Part shown: piece after piece, positions 57,195-64,000 of the stretch
Layout: each line of letters opens with the position of its first letter
How positions within the stretch are numbered: position 1 is the stretch's first letter
Assembly (NCBI GenBank): GCA_052168235.1
Contig: JBQLZK010000004.1
Coordinates: forward strand, 64,001 to 128,000
From: Thainema sp.
Lineage (GTDB): Bacteria; Cyanobacteriota; Cyanobacteriia; Phormidesmidales; Phormidesmidaceae
DNA: 64,000 nucleotides
Reading direction: 5' to 3'
Translations under genes and position numbers: made by a program
Notes under the pieces: generated by a model
The model's database searches: none
Told to the model about the DNA's origin: nothing
What the model saw: only the letters and a program-made list of their open reading frames with translations

Positions 57195-57797
57195 GTGCGT
57201 GAGATATTAATCAGCTTCGGTGTGTTCGCCGTGTGCTGCTTAGTGTTAGTCATTGGCCAAATTACGACAACGGGACAGGATAGCGCGATCGCAGAGGAGC
57301 TAAACAGTAATATGCCCACTGCAACCCAGCTTGATAACAGTTCTGACCTGACCCGTCCCAGTTTTTTTGTGGCCGAGGGTTCCGCTGCTGATTTAGACCT
57401 TTCTTCTGAAACTGATATGACTGCTGAAGAGACAAACTCTGCAACTGAAGGCGCTGATGTTGTAACCACAGATTCTGGGTTACAGTACATTGATGTCGTT
57501 GAGGGCGATGGTGCCCAACCTCAATCTGGACAAACGGTAGTGGTTCACTACACAGGAATGCTGGAAGACGGTACAAAATTTGACAGCTCCCGCGATCGCA
57601 ACCAACCGTTTTCGTTTCCGTTAGGTGCAGGCCGAGTCATTAAAGGTTGGGATGAGGGGATCGCGACGATGAAGGTTGGTGGCCAGCGGCGGCTGATCAT
57701 TCCGCCAGATTTAGGCTACGGCAGTCGCGGCGCTGGCGGCGTGATCCCGCCTAATGCAACGCTAATCTTTGATGTTGAACTTCTACGTATTTCTTAA
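57195..57797 (+). CDS. FKBP-type peptidyl-prolyl isomerase
   Basis: [36 protein letters not shown]. Confidence 0.95.
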   Translation: MREILISFGVFAVCCLVLVIGQITTTGQDSAIAEELNSNMPTATQLDNSSDLTRPSFFVAEGSAADLDLSSETDMTAEETNSATEGADVVTTDSGLQYIDVVEGDGAQPQSGQTVVVHYTGMLEDGTKFDSSRDRNQPFSFPLGAGRVIKGWDEGIATMKVGGQRRLIIPPDLGYGSRGAGGVIPPNATLIFDVELLRIS

Positions 57798-57861
57798 AGA
57801 GTTCAGTACCCAGCAGGACTGGCAACGTTAGCCCTGCTTGATCTTTACGTTAATAATCCCC

Positions 57862-57907
57862 AAAAAGTTAGCTTGCCGCTGTGTGCAGCGGCAAGCTAAC
57901 TTTTTTT
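57862..57907. terminator. Bidirectional terminator-like hairpin
   Basis: 20-bp perfect arms AAAAAGTTAGCTTGCCGCTG-TGTG-CAGCGGCAAGCTAACTTTTT between convergent genes. Confidence 0.75.
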
Positions 57908-57928
57908 CAACCAATGGGCGGTTGCGCA

Positions 57929-58483
57929 TTAACTGCGCCGCTCAATTTCGGCTTTGATGGCCAGCATGTTTTCTTGCAAACTGTCGGCAAAAATCTTCTG
58001 AAACATGCCGTCGAACAGCCCGGCTTCGGCATCCGCTTCTACGACTTGAGTAATCAATGCCTGCTCGGCTGTTTCAGTGGCAACAGCATCAACTTGCCAG
58101 TAGCCGCTCATTTTTTTCAAATCGCCATCGATTAAGCGAAAATCGATCCGGCGCTCATCTGGCTTAGCTAGATTTTGAGTACGAATGGTGGAGTCTACAT
58201 TCATCATCAGGATCTGACGACGATCAACCTGCTCCACAATTTTCTGATTTCCCCGATCATCTAGAATGCGGCTGGAAACAACTGTAGGCAAAAAGTTAGA
58301 CAAACTTTCAAAGTCATTGAGCACAACCCATGCCGTATCTGCGCTCGCATCGGCGAGAACTTGGGCCTGGTAATGATTGTGTTGCTGTGCGATCGCAACT
58401 TTTCCGTGCTGTAGCTGCTCGGGTTGAAGAACATTGCTCTGTTCAGCTAAGGCCTGTGCTGTTGGATCAGCTGTAGCAGTCAT
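57929..58483 (-). CDS. SRPBCC / polyketide cyclase-dehydrase family protein
   Basis: AW.VLNDFE.L..FLP.V..SRIL, FRLIDGDLK...GYW. Confidence 0.85.
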   Translation of the reverse strand: MTATADPTAQALAEQSNVLQPEQLQHGKVAIAQQHNHYQAQVLADASADTAWVVLNDFESLSNFLPTVVSSRILDDRGNQKIVEQVDRRQILMMNVDSTIRTQNLAKPDERRIDFRLIDGDLKKMSGYWQVDAVATETAEQALITQVVEADAEAGLFDGMFQKIFADSLQENMLAIKAEIERRS

Positions 58484-58635
58484 AAAGTAGTTGGGCGTAA
58501 CGACGATTTTAGATTAACAAATCTCAACAAAGCCGCCTTCTATCAAGCGCAGGACTTGGGAGGCAGAATTTGGAAACGCTTGAACGGTTTCAGAATTTCT
58601 CAACGTCCGTGTCCTAACTTAGCTGGCTACAGATC

Positions 58636-58728
58636 TATAGTGATTCCAGTTAAGAGTGAGAAAACGAGAGAGGAGAGTGCCTCATCCTGAGGCACTCTCC
58701 TCTCTCGCTCTTACCTAGAACTGCTCTA
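58636..58728. repeat. Family E hairpin element
   Basis: TATAGTGATTCCAGTTAAGAG...CTCTTACCTAGAACTGCTCTA ends; 20-bp perfect arms 58665-58684/58688-58707, loop TCC. Confidence 0.8.
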
Positions 58729-58941
58729 AATGTTGCTGGGATATTCCGGAGATCAGCACCGATCATTTGAAAGCAGTTAATAGCGGCTGATATTGCGACT
58801 GTATTGGCCGCAGTTGTAGTCTTTATGGCTACGATGAGCCAGATTGCTTATGTAATCAATGTTTAACATTGTTGACATTGCTCGGTGCGGTAAGCAATTT
58901 AGCCAACGCTATACTTTGTGCCTCCGGGCTAGGATTTTCAT

Positions 58942-59379
58942 ATGATTCCTCTAGAGGATTCTGAGATCAAGCAGTTGGCTCGATCTCTGCGACGCATCCA
59001 TCAACCGACTCGTTCAAGTGCATCGACGGGAACAACCAAAATTTGGTATCAGGGAAACGAGCCTTATTTTGATTTGACGGTTGAAGTAAAAACCGATGGT
59101 GAGATCGCAGCGCTACTACTCACGCTCAAGGGGTACTTTCTCGCTTGGAATTGCCAAAACCGCAAATTTAGCACCGGATGCACCAGTGAGACTGACATTC
59201 CCGGTGTGTCGTACTATGCAGCCAGCACGGTCATGAATCAGTTTAACGAGGTCAATGTAACGGTTTTGCAGCAGTTACAGTCATTGCTGCTAGCGATCCC
59301 GCCAGCCGACCCGATTATTCAGCAGGTACAGCAGTTGGTGATTTCATCCAATTCAGACACTGAATCAAAATCAAAGTAG
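58942..59379 (+). CDS. Hypothetical protein
   Basis: 145 aa, WYQGNEPYFDL and SYYAAS motifs. Confidence 0.7.
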   Translation: MIPLEDSEIKQLARSLRRIHQPTRSSASTGTTKIWYQGNEPYFDLTVEVKTDGEIAALLLTLKGYFLAWNCQNRKFSTGCTSETDIPGVSYYAASTVMNQFNEVNVTVLQQLQSLLLAIPPADPIIQQVQQLVISSNSDTESKSK

Positions 59380-59434
59380 GGAAGGGTGCCGCGCTGCGGC
59401 ACCCTTCCCTACTCTTTGGTTGACAGACCATTTT
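59355..59434 (+). repeat. Family C-like hairpin element overlapping a gene end
   Basis: 18-bp perfect arms 59375-59392/59396-59413, loop GCT; right end TTGACAGACCA. Confidence 0.65.
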
Positions 59435-59438
59435 GGGA

Positions 59439-59609
59439 TTAGCCCAAACCTAACCAGGACAGAAGTCCTTGGCCCGTGAAGTATTCAATTGCTAGGGTCG
59501 CCAAAAAACCAATCATGGCAGCACGACCGTTTAAACGTTCGGCATAGCGATTGAAGCCAAGCTTAGGATCTTGAAAGTTGGGTGTAGTAGATGGTTGTGG
59601 TTGATTCAT
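59439..59609 (-). CDS. High-light-inducible protein (Hli/Scp), 56 aa, absent from the ORF track
   Basis: Manual translation MNQPQPSTTPNFQDPKLGFNRYAERLNGRAAMIGFLATLAIEYFTGQGLLSWLGLG with the ExxNGRxAMxG chlorophyll-binding motif. Confidence 0.93.
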   Translation of the reverse strand: MNQPQPSTTPNFQDPKLGFNRYAERLNGRAAMIGFLATLAIEYFTGQGLLSWLGLG

Positions 59610-59623
59610 GGCGGTAAGTTGCT

Positions 59624-59652
59624 GTTACAAATCTTTACTCACCTCCATTGTA
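59624..59652 (-). promoter_or_regulatory. HLR1 (RpaB) site and -10 box of the hli gene
   Basis: GTTACAAA-TC-TTTACTCA at 59624-59641; TACAAT on minus strand at 59647-59652. Confidence 0.65.
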
Positions 59653-59733
59653 AAGAAGAAAAGCTGCGATCGCAGCTTTTCTATCCCAGAAGCGGCACAA
59701 CCACTCTCTACAGCCCATCTTCATTGCTAATCC

Positions 59734-61161
59734 CTATAACCGATCTCGGCCCTGCTCAGCTATCAGTTCTTGAATTTGTTGATCAAGCTGCTTGAGTAGT
59801 TCACGCAGAGCGGGGAGCGATTCGACATTGAGTGGCTGAGCCGCCAGTTCATCCCGTGCCCGGCTGCGAATTTCATTCAGTTGCTGCTGTAATTTGTAGG
59901 CTAGACCCAAGGCATCACGTCCTAAGCGATTAATAATCTGCCGCTCATAGAACTTGAGTGCCGCCCCACGTAGTACCTGTAGCGTCGCCTCCTCGCCATG
60001 TTTACCCGGCATCACCCGAAACCGAAGAAGGAGCCGTGATCCTTGATAAATCCGCTCTAGTTCGATTTGCTTAATTGATTGCACGGGCAGCATGGGCAAT
60101 CCCGCCAGTCGCTTCAGTTCGCTAACGACTCCTTCAAATCGCGGTACATCTAACTTCTCAATCGCCGACTGCATCACCCCATCTTGGCTCCAGAGAATGC
60201 GGCCCTGATGTTGATGGTGTTCAAAATACAGCCGACCAATGCCGTCTTTTAACACTTGTCCGAGTAGTTCATACAGAATCGTCTTGGGTTGCTGCTGCGG
60301 CAACGAGTCCAAAGGCAATGAAAAGCTCGTGATACTAAGCTCTAGCGGATTCGTTTGTCCAGGAGGAGAAGGTGGCTCTAAATGATGAGATGGGGCGGAT
60401 GGTTTGGCCGTATTGGCGTGCTTGACAGCCGAATGAGGTGGTTCGAATGGGTTGGGTATTGACTCAGACGAAAAATTTTTATCCGAATAATTTTCAGGTG
60501 GTTCATGTGTTATCGAGTCGGGCGGTGTTTTCGCCTGGGTAGAAGGAGTAAATGCATTCGGTGACTGGAACTCTTCGGGAATAATCGGTTGATTGAATTC
60601 ACTCTCGTCCAGCGCTAAGGTTTGATCTAATTCCGCTTCATGATTTAGCCAAGCTGATGCAGTTGGTTCGGCAAATTGCTCAGAAAACTCAATGTCCAGA
60701 TCTTCTAGATCTTCCAGTTCTTCGATCTGCTCTGGAGAATCCACAATAAACGTTCTCTGCTGGTTTTGATCGGGATTAACCGGAAAAGAATGAGCCGGAG
60801 TCCGCTGATTGGTTGTGCTGGCTGAATGACCACCCGACAGCGCTGGTGCGCCTCTTTGTGAATAATTCAGGTACTGAGTTAGCATCGCGTGATGCCCATC
60901 CAGGGAAATTGGGCGGGGCACAATTGAACAGTTGATGTAAGACAGTAAGCGCCTGACATAATCTGCTGCTGCTTTATCGTCTGGATCGACCATGCCCAAA
61001 TTGAGTCGGCTGCCATCGAGAGATAAAGGAAGAACGCGGTAGTACAAACAAGCTTCCAAGGGCAGCAGTTGCTCAATCAGCGTAAACATTTGCTGCTGAT
61101 TAGCCTGCGTGAGCCAGTCTTCATCGGAATGGGAATTGGAGGCGGAAGTGGGATCGATCAT
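59734..61161 (-). CDS. GspE/PilB N-terminal-domain protein without ATPase domain
   Basis: LLPLEAC..Y..LPL....RL.LGMVDP.D; R.R..PG.HGEEATLQVL; no Walker A. Confidence 0.65.
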   Translation of the reverse strand: MIDPTSASNSHSDEDWLTQANQQQMFTLIEQLLPLEACLYYRVLPLSLDGSRLNLGMVDPDDKAAADYVRRLLSYINCSIVPRPISLDGHHAMLTQYLNYSQRGAPALSGGHSASTTNQRTPAHSFPVNPDQNQQRTFIVDSPEQIEELEDLEDLDIEFSEQFAEPTASAWLNHEAELDQTLALDESEFNQPIIPEEFQSPNAFTPSTQAKTPPDSITHEPPENYSDKNFSSESIPNPFEPPHSAVKHANTAKPSAPSHHLEPPSPPGQTNPLELSITSFSLPLDSLPQQQPKTILYELLGQVLKDGIGRLYFEHHQHQGRILWSQDGVMQSAIEKLDVPRFEGVVSELKRLAGLPMLPVQSIKQIELERIYQGSRLLLRFRVMPGKHGEEATLQVLRGAALKFYERQIINRLGRDALGLAYKLQQQLNEIRSRARDELAAQPLNVESLPALRELLKQLDQQIQELIAEQGRDRL

Positions 61162-61516
61162 GTGGAGCGGCCAGATGATGACAACGATCTATCTACTATT
61201 GATCCTGGACAATTAGCGAGTTCATGTGTCAGAACCCGACTGTTTTTTGTCAAAAGCTTGCAGTGCGAGCTCTTACAAAAAATAACTGTGAACTTTTGAT
61301 CAGATTTGATAAGTTGGCTGGTCTAGATCAACTCAACCAGAAAACTGGGGAGCACTCTGTTTTTCAATGTTTCAATATGTGTAGCTACCGATCGGGCAAC
61401 TTGTCTAAATGTAACTATTTTTCTCTACGTCTGATTCAATACTGAATCAGCGTAATATGCCAATTCATCTTCTGCAATTTTGAAAAATGCTGCATATTTG
61501 TTCTGCCCAAAATTGG

Positions 61517-64000
61517 TCATTCATCAATGCGACCAAATAATGTAAATGCGGCCCAGTTGACGGGTTGAGGATAAGCTGATCGCGTAGCCAGCATGGCCTG
61601 ACGCAGAGCAACCGCTCGGTTGGGGTTTTGCTGGAGCGCCTGATAAAACTCCGTCATCAGCAAAGCCGTCGGTTCATCCGGCACGGCCCATAGCGAAACA
61701 ACCACATTTTCTACACCTGCCGTCAGAAACGATCGCGACAGGCCCAAAACGCCATCGCCCGTAATGTTGCCGCGTCCGGTATTGCAGGCACTGAGTACCA
61801 CTAATCGCGCTGGAGTGGGCAAAGCGAAAATTTCGGCAGTCGTGAGAAAGCCATTATCGTCTGGTGTTGGAGCTAAGGCTAAGGCTCCAGGAATACCCGT
61901 GCCGAAATCATCCAGTAACCCATGCGTTGCAAAATGTGCGATCGCAACTTCACTCAGTTGCTCGACAATTACCGCTTTGGTTGCCGCTGCGCCGATCAGC
62001 GGTTCGGTGTTCAAAATTGGCGCGATATCTAATGCCTCTTGCTCCGCACCGGATAAGGGGGGGAGGGGTGAGCGAGTCGATGGATCATTGGGCATAATCG
62101 GGTTGCCGACGACCAAGGCCGGATCGGTGCCGATGTGGAGCGGTTCGCGCTGGGTAGGGTTGGTCACGAGCAGACTAATGGCTGGAGCCAGCAGCAGCGA
62201 GTGGTTTTCAATCAAGTCCGTCCCGTTGGCATCTGCCAAGGCGGGAAACGGCACCAAGAACAACTCGCCTTGGGGAATAATGATAACCGGCACATCTGGC
62301 TCGGTGGGCAACAGTTCAGCAATGGGTTCAACGAGTAACTGATAGAGCTGTTGGCGATTCGCCTGATCAGCTGCTGCAAGGGCTTCAACGGTTTCAGGGT
62401 TGATCGCAGGTGTATCGTCATTTTGCACAACGGCAATGCCGCGATCGCGCACGCCCAACGCTAGCCGATTGTCCGTTACCCAATCTGCGATCGCTTTTCC
62501 ATCGAGGGACTGCTGCCGAAAATGGATTTCACCCGTGGGTTGAACAACCCAGATATAGACCTCTTCGTCAACGAGAGAATATTCAACCAGCGTGGCATTT
62601 TGGGCCTGGGCAATTTGCTGAATTTGGTCAATCGTGGGTGGTTCAAACTGATCCGATGGCGGGGTCTGTCCTTGGAGGGCCAAACGGTGGGCCAGCAGTT
62701 CGGCAAAGGCTCTGGCTCGGCCTCGTTCCGAGATTTCTAGCGCCGTTGCAATGTTTGTTTGATCAACTAACGCCTGTTGCAACAAGCGGTAAGTACTGGC
62801 TTGCGCTTCCGCCAGCGAGATTTTGTCTTCGTCGGTCAGACCCGGTCGCAGCGATTCCCAGAGGGCAACAGCCGCTTGCAGGGCTTCCACTGCCGCTGTC
62901 TGTTGGCCTGTCTGCAACAGCAGTTCACCCATTGCGTTTAGGGTTTCACCTTCGCCCGCCGCATCGCCAATCGCCTGCTGAACTTGTCTCGCCTGTCGAT
63001 ACTGGTCGATTGCTGTGGTTGAATCGCCCAAGCTAGCAGCCAGATCGCCCAGATTTTGCAAACTGCGTCCCGTTCCGGCTGGATCATTCTGAGCTTGGGT
63101 CAGACCAAGCGCTTTTTCCAGATACAGTCGAGCTTTTTCGGCATCACCCAGGCTGAGATAAGCTTCCCCAACCCGGTTGAGCGCTCTGGCTTCTCCGGCT
63201 GGATCGTTGCCACGCCGATAGCTGGCAAGGCTCTGCTTGGCAAACCGCAGCGCTGCCGCCTGATCGCCCGTTTTGCTGTAGGCCAACGCTAAGCTGCTGA
63301 GGATAATGCCCTCGCGCGGTTCCGGTCGCCGCCAACTGCGATCGCGATTGGTCAAATTCTGATGAATGGCCAACGCCTGCTGAAGTAAATCCAGCGCCTT
63401 CTCGGTTTGGCCCAAACGAATATAGGTCACGCCCAAATTCGTCAGCGTCTCGCTTTCCCCCTGCGGATCGCCTACCGTTTGGCGAATGTTGGCGCTTTGC
63501 TGATAGTAGTCCAGGGAATTTGCATACTGCCCCATCTCGTCATAAACGTTGCCAATCCGATCCAGCGTATCGCTCACTCGGAGCTGATCGCCGCTCGATT
63601 CATACACTTGAAGCGCTGTCTGAAACGTCGCCAATGCCGCCGCAAATTCACCCTGATCCATCTGCTGCTCACCCAAGCGATACAGGTCAGCCGCATCATC
63701 CGTGAATAAACAAACCGTAGCCGGACGAATCGGACAGGTTTTACTCGAAAGCGGATTGTCCCTCAGATTCAGCTCCGCTAGATTTTTCAGCGCCGCCAAC
63801 CCCTCAACCTGAGAAATTTGGTTATCGCTCAAATCCAGCTCAACTAAGCGATTCAGCAACGCCAACGGTTCAGAATCGGCAATACGATTATGGGCTAAGT
63901 CGAGGTTTGTAAGCCGAAGTTGCGATCGCAGTTCCTCAACATCCGTAATCTGATTTTGAGCTAGATAGAGTTCCGCCAAGTTGGGCAAGTTAGCTAATGG
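61517..64000 (-). CDS. LRR-TPR-CHAT domain protein (5' end outside window)
   Basis: LxxLxLxxNxI repeats, TPR repeats, HFATHG and LVVLSACNTG catalytic motifs. Confidence 0.9.
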   Translation of the reverse strand, partial: PLANLPNLAELYLAQNQITDVEELRSQLRLTNLDLAHNRIADSEPLALLNRLVELDLSDNQISQVEGLAALKNLAELNLRDNPLSSKTCPIRPATVCLFTDDAADLYRLGEQQMDQGEFAAALATFQTALQVYESSGDQLRVSDTLDRIGNVYDEMGQYANSLDYYQQSANIRQTVGDPQGESETLTNLGVTYIRLGQTEKALDLLQQALAIHQNLTNRDRSWRRPEPREGIILSSLALAYSKTGDQAAALRFAKQSLASYRRGNDPAGEARALNRVGEAYLSLGDAEKARLYLEKALGLTQAQNDPAGTGRSLQNLGDLAASLGDSTTAIDQYRQARQVQQAIGDAAGEGETLNAMGELLLQTGQQTAAVEALQAAVALWESLRPGLTDEDKISLAEAQASTYRLLQQALVDQTNIATALEISERGRARAFAELLAHRLALQGQTPPSDQFEPPTIDQIQQIAQAQNATLVEYSLVDEEVYIWVVQPTGEIHFRQQSLDGKAIADWVTDNRLALGVRDRGIAVVQNDDTPAINPETVEALAAADQANRQQLYQLLVEPIAELLPTEPDVPVIIIPQGELFLVPFPALADANGTDLIENHSLLLAPAISLLVTNPTQREPLHIGTDPALVVGNPIMPNDPSTRSPLPPLSGAEQEALDIAPILNTEPLIGAAATKAVIVEQLSEVAIAHFATHGLLDDFGTGIPGALALAPTPDDNGFLTTAEIFALPTPARLVVLSACNTGRGNITGDGVLGLSRSFLTAGVENVVVSLWAVPDEPTALLMTEFYQALQQNPNRAVALRQAMLATRSAYPQPVNWAAFTLFGRIDE

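Larger units (their letters stand above)
1..64000. repeat. HIP1 octamer GCGATCGC dispersed throughout
   Basis: Many dozens of occurrences in coding and intergenic DNA, often as TGCGATCGCA. Confidence 0.95.

Noticed and set aside
4447..59434. Treating all long hairpins as ordinary terminators
   Set aside because: Several lie upstream of genes or inside operons, lack U-tracts and share homologous outer ends; only those fitting terminator context were called so.
1..64000. tRNA, rRNA, prophage or complete IS
   Set aside because: No cloverleaf, rRNA-like segment, integrase, transposase or phage gene recognised by eye.

Overview
Cyanobacterial chromosomal segment: the HIP1 octamer GCGATCGC is very frequent, and nblA, psb28, apcF, pex, PAM68 and an hli gene are present. 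About 50 mostly core CDS include ppk1, htpG, tex, a rimK operon, tsaB, spp, ruvA, rpsO, aroF and tldD, plus a phosphate-scavenging pair (nucleotidase/phosphatase fusion and ExeM-like nuclease), an NB-ARC + Ser/Thr kinase pair and a CHAT protein truncated at the window end. I saw no rRNA, tRNA, CRISPR array or transposase. The most striking signal is non-coding. About 20 intergenic elements of 80-110 bp have at least five unrelated terminal-repeat types but share one architecture: a 17-31 bp near-perfect inner hairpin, usually capped by GC-NNN-GC (3-nt loop). Arm sequences co-vary between copies, several copies have TAA flanking duplications, some start exactly at stop codons, and some are nested inside other repeats. 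Secondary candidates are a Nif11-type peptide beside an unpartnered TldD and a sensor-less NB-ARC protein coupled to a kinase lacking the Gly-rich loop. All calls are by eye; no database searches were run.
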